A DNA stretch of 63,958 bases, the filler included, from Octopus bimaculoides (Eukaryota): NCBI RefSeq assembly GCF_001194135.2. It is 7 parts of 6 records of this genome, joined end to end, with 100 filler letters (N's around TTAATTAATTAA, not from the genome) between each part and the next. Parts side by side here need not be neighbours in the genome. Positions count along the whole stretch, not along the records: positions 28,110 to 50,646 come from NC_068995.1; positions 50,747 to 52,272 come from NW_026298727.1; positions 52,373 to 58,879 come from NC_068996.1; positions 58,980 to 62,848 come from NC_068996.1; positions 62,949 to 63,958 come from NC_069009.1; 2 more parts are not named here. One strand, written 5' to 3'. This document shows, piece after piece, positions 50,419 to 63,958 of this stretch. Within the stretch, counting starts at the first letter, position 1. Every line of letters starts with the position of its first letter. The notes beneath the pieces were generated by a model. That model did no database searches, had not been told where the DNA came from, and saw nothing but the letters and a program-made list of their open reading frames with translations. The position numbers were made by a program, and so were the translations under genes.

Positions 50419-53222
50419 AAAAAATATATACATATACACACACACACATAGACATGCACGCATACACAAACACACACATACATTCATGCATACATAGACA
50501 TACACACATACAAGCATATATAGATACAAACACATACATACATGCATACATACATACAGACATACCTGCATATATATAGATACATACACACATACATACA
50601 CACATACATACAAACGTACATACGTACACACACACACATATATACTNNNNNNNNNNNNNNNNNNNNNNNNNNNNNNNNNNNNNNNNNNNNTTAATTAATT
50701 AANNNNNNNNNNNNNNNNNNNNNNNNNNNNNNNNNNNNNNNNNNNNATACATATATATATATACGTATGTATATATATATATCTATGTGTATATACACGC
50801 ATAAACATATATAAAGGTCAATATATAAGTATATATAACTTGCACACGTATACATCGCTCACTTTCGCACATATATGCAAAGAATGACAAACATACTTCA
50901 CATTATCGAAGAGCGCACAAAATTTGGTTGTGCCAACGAGTGACACTGAGGAAGATCTCAGCGTGATTTCTCGACCGCTACTAGAAATAACAGCCAAATC
51001 TCCCTCAAAGCACCCAAACCATCACATTTAAATACATATGCAAAACCGTCACATTTAGATAGGTATGCAAAAAAGATGGAATTGTCATTACTAGAATGCC
51101 TTTCAGGACAAGTCTATACGTTGAGAGCTGACTTGGTAATGAATAACAATAGATTCTTGGGTTCATAATAAGCTTAATGACAGAATATCAATTTATTCCC
51201 GAGGCAGAAGTGAAAATATTTATTAGAGAGCGGGAAAGGGGCTGTCTGATTTGTTTACTATTTAGTTAGGGAGGGAAGGGCAGCGCCTATAACACTTCTT
51301 TTTCAAGAGGAACGGAGAAACTTATCTTCAAACCAAAGACCTGTTTCAAATGCTCGAATACTCGCAACAGAATGAACTGAGTTAAGAACACTCAAGAGAT
51401 AAGATGGAGAAGTTATCAAAAAAGAAGACAGATTAAGTGGACCATCTACAAAATCGGAATACAAAGGACATGCATAAATAATGTAATGTGTTGTCTGATT
51501 TTCTATCAATTCAGCCAACCCATCGCCCTGGATTGCAACTTCATTTTATCATTCGCGAAGAACGAATAGCAAAACTGACTGCGACAGAAAACTGAGAAAA
51601 ATTACGTGTCTTTCTCAAAAATATTACTTTGGCTTGTAAAATGAAATAGTTACGAGGAATTGAAACTGTGCCACGAGCTCAGTTAACAAGTGTTTCTCTT
51701 TTCTACCAGTATCACAAAAATGACAGCGGTGGGGAGCTCTTGTGTTTGTCGTTCCCCGCCTCCTGTATAGCCTTATACAGCAGACCCAAAAATGCTGCCC
51801 CATAAAAGCGCCGACGGGGTCAGTCACCCTATTATCCCCACTAACTACGCTACTGAAAAGTGGAGAATTATAAACGGTTAAGTGGGCAGAATGTCAGTGT
51901 TTCATAATCTCTATGCCTAAGAGTGTTAACATTCCCTGTCACTAAAGCCAGGACATTTGGAACAATTCCTTCAAAGCAGCTGGTACACTTGAAGAACTTC
52001 TTTCGGAGTAGCGCTGCATTCAAATCTTTCGACAGTCAAATCAGATATCGCGATTCTGATAGGAGAAAAGATCTTTAACCCGTTTAACACTTTGGAATCT
52101 CGGTTATGCTCCACCAATCGAAGACACATTTATGCAGTAACGGCGAATAGAAAATGTGCAAAAATCAACAACTTGGGCAAGTTTCTTCTACTATAACCTC
52201 AGGTTGACCAAAGCCTTGTGAATGGATTTGGTAGAGGCAAACTAAAAAAAAGCACGTCGTGTTTGTGTGTGTNNNNNNNNNNNNNNNNNNNNNNNNNNNN
52301 NNNNNNNNNNNNNNNNTTAATTAATTAANNNNNNNNNNNNNNNNNNNNNNNNNNNNNNNNNNNNNNNNNNNNCCAGCAACTTAAGATCTGAAGAAGGAAT
52401 TCTAATTCCGAAATATCATCGGACTACAGTTTACCAAGTTACAACAGGTATACAGTCCATTTTTTGTTCTATATTGCATTGTTATACCTTCCTAAACTTT
52501 TTATTCTTTACAAACAATACACAATGCTTCAAGCGAACTACAATACTCTCCTAAAAAAAATTTTTTTTTTTTTTATAAAGTAAGTTTTTGTTTAAATTTA
52601 TTTTTCAGTTGGAAAAGAATATTTAATATTTTTTGTCAAGGTGCAAGAAAAAGTGCTGTTTGTTTTGAGTCCACAAATGTATAGTTGACGCAATGGATTA
52701 TGGCAGAAAATAGTAGGGAATTAAAACCGTAGCTGCTCAGGCTACATATGGAAGTAGTGAAAGAGAGAATAGTGACAGGAAGGAGAAATAAAGAGAACTT
52801 AGGATAGAGTGAGATTGAAGGACGAAAGAAAAATAGTGTGGGAGGGGGAAGAGGAGGTAATATTGGTCAGTTTAAGGAAGGGAGGTCAGTGACCGAAGAA
52901 AACTGTTTGTCGATGGCGTTATTCACATATATGTGGATATACACATATACATAACAATAAATATCTAGAGTTAGGCGACTGGTTAGAATACATTTGTGCA
53001 TAGGCACTAACAGACACCTGCACATATGCGTATGCACATATGCACACATACACGTGCACACACACACACACTTATATGCAAACATGCATACATTAAGTAT
53101 ATGTGGTTGATAATGTTTGTTATGCTAGCGCTGCTTCTGTTTCATATTCATATATATATATATGTGTGTATGTGTGTGTGTGTGTGTATATGTATGTGTG
53201 TGTGTATATATATGTGTGTGTG

Positions 53223-53266
<44 letters not shown>

Positions 53267-56200
53267 CACACATGGTGATTCTTGAGGAGTAAACCGTATA
53301 TATATATATATATATAGTAATAATAACAATAATCCTTGGATGGAATTTATAGATATCTTAACCCAAAGATTATTCTTGTTATTACTGTATTTATCCTACG
53401 TTATATCAGTACAGGTTGGTGCAACCTCAAAAAACTGGTTCACCAGTCAACATTATTAAACTGTAGCCAGTATAATAGAATAGGAGCTTTATTTGCATAT
53501 TCAAAACGTTTTCCCCATAAACAAATTTAGAAGCTATAAATGTCTGTGTTTGTGTATATATATATATATATATAATTTATATTATTATATGATTGAATGC
53601 CACACATCCATTTCCAAGTAAGTTTATCTTAATATTTTTGATGTGACTCTACTCTATACAGTTCTCTCCCCCTATCATTTTCTCTCTCATTCTTTTCTCT
53701 AATTCCCTTTCTCTCCCCTTCATTGTTCTCTATTTGTCACTCTCTCTCTCTCCATTTCTCATTTTCTTTCTCTCATTGCTCACATGTGACCATCATCCAT
53801 CTTTATTTTCCTCACATAATCTTTCTTTTCTTTCAGGACTGTCCTAAGGACTGGGCATATCCAATCTCTCTATTCTATCTTTCCTCTTGTCAAAGAAAAT
53901 ATTTCTCCAGCGTTCACTATTTTACCCTCGTTCTGGTCTAACAACCCTTCAAGTTTGTTTTCATTTGGTTTCCTTGTATGTCTCCACTGTCCTGCTTTTG
54001 TTCCCAACTTTCACCCTCCATAAATCCCAAATTTTATTTTGGTATTTATGGGAGCAACTGTCTTCGAAGACTCATATTGTCATTCAATGCTCGAAATGAG
54101 GAGTAAATAAACAGCCGACAACTAATGAAAGGTCGTTCTTTATGCTGTTTGTCCTGTCTTCCATTTGTTTCTCTTGTTGTTTGCATATTGAACTCATTTG
54201 TTTTCATATTTCATGTTTACTTTTGGTGACGTCCTGTGCCCATATATGCATGTGTAAATATACATATATATATATATATATANNNNNNNNNNNNNNNNNN
54301 NNNNNNNNNNNNNNNNNNNNNNNNNNNNNNNNNNNNNNNNNNNNNNNNNNNNNNNNNNNNNNNNNNNNNNNNNNNNNNNNNNNNNNNNNNNNNNNNNNNN
54401 NNNNNNNNNNNNNNNNNNNNNNNNNNNNNNNNNNNNNNNNNNNNNNNNNNNNNNNNNNNNNNNNNNNNNNNNNNNNNNNNNNNNNNNNNNNNNNNNNNNN
54501 NNNNNNNNNNNNNNNNNNNNNNNNNNNNNNNNNNNNNNNNNNNNNNNNNNNNNNNNNNNNNNNNNNNNNNNNNNNNNNNNNNNNNNNNNNNNNNNNNNNN
54601 NNNNNNNNNNNNNNNNNNNNNNNNNNNNNNNNNNNNNNNNNNNNNNNNNNNNNNNNNNNNNNNNNNNNNNNNNNNNNNNNNNNNNNNNNNNNNNNNNNNN
54701 NNNNNNNNNNNNNNNNNNNNNNNNNNNNNNNNNNNNNNNNNNNNNNNNNNNNNTATTTGTATGTATGTATGTATGTGCATGCGTGTGTTTGCGTATGTAT
54801 TCATGTATGTATATGTATATGCGAATCTGTTTATTTGATTAGGTAATAGGCGTAGATGTATAGCTATGTGTATGTGCATGAATCTATTTCTATTTATACA
54901 TGTGTGTATATGTAGATGGATACATATGTGTATATGGGGACACGCACACATGTGTATATTTATATATGCATGGGTACATATGTGTATATGTATAAATGTG
55001 GACGTATGAGTGTGTGTGTATATATATNNNNNNNNNNNNNNNNNNNNNNNNNNNNNNNNNNNNNNNNNNNNNNNNNNNNNNNNNNNNNNNNNNNNNNNNN
55101 NNNNNNNNNNNNNNNNNNNNNNNNNNNATATATATATATAGATGGATGGATGGATGGATGAATGGATGGATGGATGGACAGACGGACGGATGGATGGTGT
55201 GTCAGTGTTACCGTCTCCTAGCCTCAACACTACATGATAGTTTTAAATAAGTGTCCCCATTATTGAAGCAGTGTTGTTTATTTCCATTATTCTATGGAAA
55301 ACATGTCTGATCATGGGGGAAATATTACCTTGCTTTGAAACAGGTGAAGTTTGGTGACAGAAAGAAAATTTGCATCAACAATTTCTATTCAAGAGATTAG
55401 GAAAAATTGATGTTAAAGAATGATGATGATGATGATGATGGTATGTATGTATGTATGTATGTATGTATGTATGTATGTATGTATGTATGTATGCATGAAT
55501 GTACATACGTATGTATGTACATTGAGGGAAAATTTAATAAAAAATCAAAAGTAGATTGTTACAATAGGAAACTACTTTTCCCTGATTTAATGCCTACCAC
55601 AAATACAAATATATAATTTATACTATATATACAGGTATATGATGTACCCTTTAGATATGGGTGTATAATGTACCCTATAGCTGTAAGTATATAATGTCCT
55701 TATTCTTACAGATATAGAACATACAATATAGATACAGGTATATAGTGCATGCAATAGTTACAGGTAAACAATGTATGCTCACTGGTTTAGAGTTCATACT
55801 CCCAGTTTGAATAGATGTCTGACTTCTAATACTTGATATTATAAAAGCATTGAGTCTTGTTTGATGTTATGAAGAAGTAAGATTACATTTTTAAATTCAA
55901 GATTTTGATGCTTGATTGATTCCATTTATGGTTCATAAAGAGAGTGACTTTTGATTAGATAAATATATTAGTAAAGTGAAAAGGATTAAGAAGATGTTGG
56001 TGCAATGATTGTTGTTTTTGCAATGCTAATGATTAATATCTAGAGTTGGAGAAGTAGAAAAAGTTTACTGTTTCCCGAACCAGTATTGTTGCAATATCAA
56101 ATACCTTGATCATTTGAGATTTTCTGATGCCAATCAAAGAAATACTTAGATTTAAATTATTGTGTCATGGAAGGGTAATAAGAAATAACTGATTAAGAGG

Positions 56201-56381
56201 CCTGCTGATGTCTTTCTGATTTGCAAACACCCAGTCAAGGATGGCTGATGTATCTTTGAATCTAGTAAGATATATCTTTACTTACTTCGGTCATATGGTA
56301 AAATACCATCATCCATTTTTCATTGGCTGATGAGTAAAAAAAAAGCAGTAGAGTTAATATGTTGCTTGGTTTAACAACCTT

Positions 56382-56604
56382 TTAACCTTTCGCATTTAAA
56401 CAGGTCATATCCAGACCAAATATTCTGTTTTATGTTCAAACCACCCACGTACACCCTCTCACACCAACCCAACAATGTAATTCTAAAAATAAACTATCAT
56501 ATCATCAAAATCTCAAAGCTACAAGATAATACATGAGCAATTCAAAACAATGTGAATAAATAAGTTTTACATCTGACAGAATAAACTGAATGCTACAGGG
56601 TTAA
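56382..56604 (+). mobile_element. piggyBac-type MITE (M1), uninterrupted copy
   Basis: TTAA-CCTTTCGCATT ... AATGCTACAGGG-TTAA. Confidence 0.7.
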
Positions 56605-57153
56605 GAGAGATTTGATTGCTATTTATGACTACTTGTGTAAGAGGCTTTTTTATTAGATGGTGCAGGTTGAAGTGGGTTGCCAGTGGAAGCTCACTAACAG
56701 ATATGATAGATAGACAGACAGACAAATAGATAAGATGGATGGATGGATGGCAGACATTTAGGCAGAGACAGAAAGAGAAAGATACTTTAAAACAGCCATA
56801 GCTTAGGAGACGTCTATCTGGGCATTTCCAAGTAGTTTCTTCTACAGTCACCAGAGGAATGTGTGAGATTACTGGAAGTCATCAAAATCATGGTGGTCTT
56901 TAGTTAAGAGTTGATGTATGGAAATATTCCGCAATGTTAGATGCATGTAGATTGTTTATATAATCAGGAGCTGTAATTTCCCTCCTCCATTTGATCATAC
57001 CAATCTCAGAGGTACAACAAAGAGCTTTGATTTTCCTTCTTTCACCAAGCTATGTAAAGATATCTGTCACGATTCTCATAATGTTATTTGGTTGTCCCAT
57101 ATAACCAATGTGACTTCTTTACATAAGGGATTGTGTGAGAGTGTGTGTATGAA

Positions 57154-57209
<56 letters not shown>

Positions 57210-57309
57210 TGTATACATAGAAACATGCACACACACATATATAAATACATACATATATAATAAGTTCATACATATATGTTTAAGTATGTATATTTATAAG
57301 TATACATAT

Positions 57310-58460
57310 ATACATGCCCAGGCCTGTTACCCATATATTTTAGGAGGGGGTAGCCGCAACAAGACACACACCAGGCATTCCATTCATTTCCCAGCTCAAA
57401 GAAGTGAGCCCTGTCCTTTGTTCAGGTCAAGGCATAGCCTGATATCAGCAGCAGGGCCTGACATCATGCTGGTTCCGTACCCCTTTGAGCAACATCAAAT
57501 TTACTCACCTGTCCACAAATACTCTCCAAGCTTTCTTATCATTTATAAACTTGCTTGCCTCTCTCACTCCAATATCTCTAACCACCAAAGCTTTCCTCAC
57601 TCCATCTATCCACATAAACCAAGATCTACCTCTGGTTCTACTGCCTACCACTTCTGCTTTCATCACACTCCTTACCATCCGCACCTTATCCATTCTCTCC
57701 ATATGGCCAAACCACCTCAACATTTGTCTATCCATTCTGGTTGTTGAATTTTCTCTCATTCCTGCTCGCCTTCACACCGCTTATTCCTCATCCTGTCCAT
57801 CCATGTCGTACCAATCATAGCCCTCAAAATCTCATCTCAAACACATCTAGTTTCCTCCTTTCTGCCTCTCTCAGCCCCCAAGTCTCTGCACCATATCACA
57901 TTGTCGGCACAATCATGCCCTCATACACACCTCTTTCCATGTTCATACTCAACCTTTTACCTCTCAACATACCTTTCACAACTCCAAGTCTCCAAGTATC
58001 TTACTCCCCTCCCTCACTCTATATTTCACTTCCTTAGCTACCCACCCCTTCTGCAATCCAAGATACTTAAAAACACTCACCTTCTCTAACATCTCCACCA
58101 TTTATACTCACATTCATCCTACTGGCAATTCCTCGCTCTCAAACATCTCATCACCTTACTTTCAACTACATTCACTTTTAGTTTCCTCCTCTCACACACT
58201 CTTCCAGACCCTACCACCAGTCTCCTCAGCTACTCTTCTGAATCTACCACCAGTGCTGTATCATCAGCAAACAACAACTGACTCACCTGCCATTTCTCTC
58301 CATCTTCTCCCGCTGCCTTACCAAAGGTTCAAGCATTCACCTCTCTCACCACAACATCCATATATAAATTAAACAGCCACAGAGACATCACACAACCCAG
58401 TCTTAACCCAACCTTCACATCAAACCACTCTCTTACTTCAACACCCATTCAAATGCATGC
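57310..58460 (-). mobile_element. 5'-truncated, degenerate RTE-clade LINE (reverse transcriptase C-terminal half and 3' end)
   Basis: Broken frames [25 protein letters not shown] and ORF 57505..57759 LRWFGHMERM...RGR...W.DGV. Confidence 0.88.
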
Positions 58461-58501
58461 CCTACTTTATCTATAAAAACTCTGTACATAAGAATATACA
58501 T

Positions 58502-58544
<43 letters not shown>

Positions 58545-58547
58545 CAC

Positions 58548-58580
<33 letters not shown>

Positions 58581-58588
58581 TACATACA

Positions 58589-58620
<32 letters not shown>

Positions 58621-58833
58621 CATATACATATACATTATGTGTTGAAATAGTTAAAATGACTTGTTTGTTTTATTAGCTTTGATTGTCATCATGAAGTGTA
58701 CTTGTCAAAAGTGTCAGTATGTTTGCATGTTTAGACAATTTAGGACTATATCTTGGTCTGACTGACTGGCTGACATTAATTTACATTTAGTAGCCATTAT
58801 ATTGAAGCTGTGATATTGTTTATAGTTTCATTC

Positions 58834-58879
<46 letters not shown>

Positions 58880-59127
58880 NNNNNNNNNNNNNNNNNNNNN
58901 NNNNNNNNNNNNNNNNNNNNNNNTTAATTAATTAANNNNNNNNNNNNNNNNNNNNNNNNNNNNNNNNNNNNNNNNNNNNAATTATCAATAATATTCACAG
59001 GAAATCAATATTCAAATTACGAAAGATATATGTTTAATATGACATGGTAATGTTTTGAATTATAATTAAATAATAGAGCACTTAATATAAGTTCAGTAAC
59101 ATATTCTTTTAGAATATTCCTTATAAA

Positions 59128-59172
<45 letters not shown>

Positions 59173-59454
59173 TGTGTGTATATATATATTTCTGTGTATG
59201 CATATATGTATTGTGTGTGTGTATGTTGCTGTCTACTTGCCTTGATATCATGTGATAGTTTGTAAATGAGTATCACCATCATGCAAGCAATGTCTTTCAC
59301 TTACAATCTTCCATAAAAACATATCATGGGGAACAAGTGAGGGTTGGTGACAGGATGGGTATTTGGTTGTAGAAAATATGCCACAAATACTCCATCATCA
59401 ACCCCTGCAAGCATGGAAATGTGGACATTAAAAGAATAATGACATCCTGTAGAG

Positions 59455-59580
59455 CAGGGCTGGCCAACCTGAGGACCGTGGGCTGCAAGATAAAAGTCTG
59501 GGGGCTGCATGCGCTTGATACTTTCTTGAAATGGGTTTATTTAAACAAACATTTAAAAAATTTTATCAAAAATTAAAGAG
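59455..59580 (+). mobile_element. hAT (Charlie-like) terminal fragment
   Basis: CAGGGCTGGCCAACC terminus after CTGTAGAG; only one end seen. Confidence 0.4.
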
Positions 59581-59601
59581 TGTAATGCAAAGTAAAAAAA
59601 A

Positions 59602-60009
59602 GGCTGTGTGGTAAGTAGCTTGCTTACCAACCACATGGTTCCAGGTTCAGTCCCACTGCGTGGTACCTTGGGCAAGTGTCATCTACTATAGCCTCGGGCC
59701 GACCAAAGCCTTGTGAGTGGATTTGGTAGACGGAAACTGAAAGAAGCCCGTCATATATATGTATATATATATATGTATGTGCATGTTTGTGTGTCTGTGT
59801 TTGTCCCCACAACATCGCTTGACAACCGATGTGGGTGTGTTTACGTCCCCGCAACTTAGCGGTTCGGCAAAAAGAGACCGATAGAATAAGTACTAGGCTT
59901 ACAAAGAATAAGTCCCGCGGTCGATTTGCTCGACTAAAGGCGGTGCTCCAGCATGGCCACAGTCAAATGACTGAAACAAGTAAAAGAGTAAAAAAGGGAG
60001 TAAAAGAGT
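59602..60009 (+). mobile_element. SINE family S1, near full length
   Basis: Colinear with the 49962-50418 copy. Confidence 0.88.
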
Positions 60010-60817
60010 ACTGCTTTTGCAATGATAATATTTCATGTTGAATCAATGATCATTCATTCATTATTGTAATAATAGCATGAGAAAGCAAAATGCTTTCAAT
60101 TCTGTCAGTATACAAGCGGCCATCAAAAACCTTTCTGTGATTAAAGTGGCCCATCATGTAATTTGAGTTGGCCAGGCCTGCTGTAGAACATAGTCACTCT
60201 TTACAGCAATTTGTACATCATTCACCTGTATTAATCATCCACTGCATTCACTTCTATCGTTATCAGCCATGTGTCACTCTCCTCTCACACTCTTGTGAAC
60301 TTAACCCCCTTCCCAATCCCCTGTTTCTATTCTCTCTTATATGCTGCTCTTCTTGCACAAACATCTCACCATCAGAATCTTTTCTCTCTTTCCTTCTGGA
60401 GCAGCCATGTTATCACCTCTACAAGACATCTGTTCCTGTCCCTCTATCATGCTTTTAGCTTCTCATCACTTGGCACAAAGTCATCTCCCTCAATACCACT
60501 CCTCCTCTCAGTTGAGGGGATTCTTAGTCTTGCAAGTTAGTTGGTAAGCCCACTAGTGCAGTGCCGGTGCTACAAGGAAAAAGGAAAAAAAAAAAAAGAA
60601 AAAGGCACCTATCTAGTACACTCTGCACAGTGGCTGGTGTTAGGAAGGGTGTCCTGCCATGAAAGCAAGCAGGTACTGGGCCTCGATGCAGTCCTCTAAC
60701 TTGTCAGATCTGTCCAAGCCATGCCAATAGGAAAAATGTGGAAGTTAAACAATGATGACAATAGTGATGATGACGGTGATGATGAGAATGAGGATGATGC
60801 ATACATTTACATATATG

Positions 60818-60945
<128 letters not shown>

Positions 60946-61208
60946 TATTTATGTATAGGTTTATGTAGGTCAACACTTACATATTACAGGATGTTTCATA
61001 TGGCAATTAGCACATTAGCACTCCTCTTCCAGATTCCTCAGATTATAAAATCCAAGTTACATTATTTAATCTGGAGAATCTGGACACAGCTGTGCGGATT
61101 TTTCAGATGAAACATCTCTACAAAGTTGCAGACTACAATCGAAATAAATCTACGACACTCTACCACCATTATCACACCATTTACCACACACTACCATCAT
61201 TATCATCA

Positions 61209-61445
61209 CAATCATCATTTAACGTTCATTTTCCATGCTGGCATGGTTTGGACGGTTTGACAGGAGTTAACCAGCTGAAGAGCTGCCCAGGCTCCACGTT
61301 CATTTTGGCATGGGTTCTATGGCCAGATGCCCTTCTTACTACCAGTCACTTTACAGAGTGTACTGCATGCTGTTATGCAGCACCGACATGGGTGCATTTA
61401 TGTGGCACTAGTACAGGTGCTTTTTATGTAGCAGCAGCACCTATG
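61209..61445 (-). mobile_element. Degenerate family S2 element
   Basis: ATCATCATTTAACGTTCATTTTCCATGCTGGCATGG...GATGCCCTTC. Confidence 0.7.
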
Positions 61446-61840
61446 TGCCCACAAGATCAGGAATACTCGACTGGAGAGGGCTGCAGAGGTCAAGCCTATA
61501 TGCAAGGACAACCATGCTTCTACTTGGCTTGGCATGTTTTCCCAAGGACTACAAACTGCCAGGAATCTCGGTCATATTCTTTTATTCATTTATAAGCTTT
61601 GGTTGAAAGGCTGTGGCTATGCTGGAGCACTGCTGGTTATGAAATTTAAAAAATGTGCAGTTTATGATGAAGTTAGTCCACTGTTGTAAATATGGTGTGA
61701 AATATGGTGCAATGTAGGCTTAGTAGGTAAAGTTTTAAGGATACATGTATTATACAAAACTGAGTGTGAAAGGGAATTGGAGAAAAAAAAAACCATGAAA
61801 CAGTATGTGAGGGGATGCCGCCTGCTCTTTTATACACATA

Positions 61841-62050
61841 TGAGGGGATGCTGAAAAGTTCCTGGCTTTGGGTAAAAGAAAGTACAGGAGGATCAGTTAA
61901 TTATGATTTTATTTAACATATTCCTCTCTCTGATTCACACACAGTAGTCCTTCAGTTTTTCTAAGCCCTGTAAAAGAACTCAGAAGGTTGGGCCTCCAAC
62001 CACATCATTCATGATGCTCTTAAAGCCAGGAACTTTTCAGTAACCCCTCA
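61841..62050. mobile_element. mariner-type MITE (210 bp); a second truncated copy at about 43245-43415
   Basis: TA-TGAGGGGATGCTGAAAAGTTCCTGGCTTT ... AAAGCCAGGAACTTTTCAGTAACCCCTCA-TA. Confidence 0.85.
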
Positions 62051-62625
62051 TACATCAATAAGCATAGAATGAATGTATTTATATCCTTTCTGAATTCAAT
62101 ATCTCTCTATCATGTAAGGTGGTGAGCTGACAGCATGGTGGGCAAAATGCTTAGCAGCATTTCATCTATCTTTATATTCTGAGTTCAAATTCTGCTGAGG
62201 CTGCTTTGGCCTTTCATCCTTTTGGGGCCAATAAAATAAGTACCAGTTTAACACTAGAGTCATGAAATTGTTGCTCTTGTATCAAAATTTGAAACTTATA
62301 TCTCTATAACATGTGGACATGCTTCTAAAATTAAGTGCGGCACCCATGATTTTCTGAAACATTTTTTTCCATACTCAGAATTGTTGAAACACAGAATCTT
62401 TCATATATCACTTGCAGGCTTACTTGGGAATGTGTACATAAAAGAAGCCAGCTGAATTAGCAAGACCAAACTATATATTAGCAACAAAACTAAATTACAT
62501 GTAGCTGATTGGCTGCATTACTTATTTCCTGACAAGTGGAAACACTACAATATTGTCACAATCTACTAGTGCAAGGATACTGTCCTTTCATATATATTCA
62601 TATATATAATATATGTATTTATATA

Positions 62626-62848
62626 CAGGAGTGGCTGTGTGGTAAGTAGCTTGCTTACCAACCACATGGTTCCGGGTTCAGTCCCACAGCGTGGCATCTT
62701 GGGCAAGTGTCTTCTACTATAGCCTCGGGCTGACCAAAGCCTTGTGAGTGGATTTGGTAGACGGAAACTGAAAGAAGCCTGTCGTATATATGTATATATA
62801 TATATCATCATCATCATCATTTAACGTCTGTTTTCCATGCTGGCATGA
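62626..62848. mobile_element. S1 SINE 5' part (+) followed by an S2 tail (-) truncated at the linker
   Basis: CAGGAGTGGCTGTGTGGTAAG...GAAAGAAGCC, then ATCATCATTTAACGTC. Confidence 0.8.
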
Positions 62849-62948
62849 NNNNNNNNNNNNNNNNNNNNNNNNNNNNNNNNNNNNNNNNNNNNTTAATTAA
62901 TTAANNNNNNNNNNNNNNNNNNNNNNNNNNNNNNNNNNNNNNNNNNNN

Positions 62949-63332
62949 TGCCAGTGGCACGTAAAAGCACCCACTACACTCTTAGAGTGGTTGGCATTAG
63001 GAAGGGCATCCAGCTGTAGAAACTCTGCCAGATCAGATTGGAGCCTGGTGCAGCCATCTGGCTCACCAGTCATCAGTCAAACCGTCCAACCCATGCCAGT
63101 ATGGAAAGCGGACGTTAAACAATGATGATGATATATAGTGAAGACACATGGCTCAATCATTTGAGCATCGAGCTTATGGTCATGAGGTTGTGAGTTCAAT
63201 TCCTGAACCGGGCTGCATGTTGTGTTCTTGAGCAAGACACTTTATTTCACATTGCTCCAGTTCACTCAACTTTAGAAATGAGTTGCAATGTCACTGGTGC
63301 CAAGTTCTATCGGCCTTTGCCTTTCCCCTTGG
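62949..63332 (+). mobile_element. S2 element (62949-63132) followed by an S4 SINE (63138-63332)
   Basis: Alignment by eye to other S2 and S4 copies. Confidence 0.82.
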
Positions 63333-63619
63333 NNNNNNNNNNATATGTACTTTATTTTTAAAACTGCAAAAACATCACAAAAATATCACAAAGAGCTGCT
63401 ACTCAGAGTTTCACATTCCTGTTTGTCAGTCAGTTGTGGTCAAGGATCTTGATTACCACTGCCTGATAAACAGGAATGTGAAACTCTGAGTCATAGTTTT
63501 CTGTGATATTTTTACGATACTTTTGCAGCTTTAATAATAAAGCATATTTACTCTACCTCCGGTATTCGAGTACTATTTTTTTCTCACCTTGTTTCACATT
63601 TATGTGCTTACTCAGATAG

Positions 63620-63958
63620 CACCGCATGACTGACATCTGTGCTAGTGGAGCGCGAAGCGTACCATCCGAGTGTGATCATTGCCAGAGCCACAGGCTCCCA
63701 TGCTGGCGGCATGTAAAAAGCACCATTCGAGCGTGATTGACACCAGCGTCACCTTACTGGCACTTGTGCATGTGGCACGTAAAACGCACCATATGAGCGT
63801 GGCCATTGCCAGTACTGCCTAACTGGCCCTCTTGCCAGTGGCACGTAAAAGCACCCACTACACTCTTAGAGTGGTTGGCATTAGGAAGGGCATCCAGCTG
63901 TAGAAACTCTGCCAGATCAGATTGGAGCCTGGTGCAGCCATCTGGCTCACCAGTCATC
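63620..63958 (+). mobile_element. Family S2 element with internal tandem repeats, running off the window
   Basis: Repeated ..GTAAAAGCACC units, then TTAGGAAGGGCATCCAGCTGTAG. Confidence 0.82.

Overview
Eukaryotic, AT-rich, repeat- and microsatellite-dense genomic scaffold. The SINE repertoire and gene style suggest an octopod cephalopod, probably Octopus (inference, no database search). Six artificial 100-bp linkers (44N-TTAATTAATTAA-44N) split the window into seven joined pieces, and there are many sized N gaps beside microsatellites. The only confidently identified host gene sequence is one large minus-strand coding exon (21742-20016, ATG at 21728, 571 codons) encoding the N-terminal disordered region of the cohesin release factor WAPL. 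Its first exon and its C-terminal WAPL/HEAT-domain exons were not found. Almost everything else is transposon-derived: a full-length but inactivated Tc1-like DD36E (Incomer-type) element just upstream of the WAPL exon, deleted mariner elements and MITEs, piggyBac-type (TTAA) MITEs, LINE remnants (Dong/R4, RTE, L1/Tx1), a Penelope GIY-YIG remnant and four SINE-like families. Nearly all other ORFs in the supplied track are microsatellite or N-gap artefacts. The most interesting signals are (i) sharp CpG-rich versus CpG-depleted domains recorded in paired copies of the same transposons, (ii) a WAPL exon architecture that would give a translatable circular RNA whose stop codon overlaps the start codon, (iii) divergent and multiplied PDS5/STAG-binding-like motifs in WAPL, (iv) candidate small exons of WAPL, and (v) the DD36E element. 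I did not find a clearly novel multi-gene system. The hypotheses below are untested.
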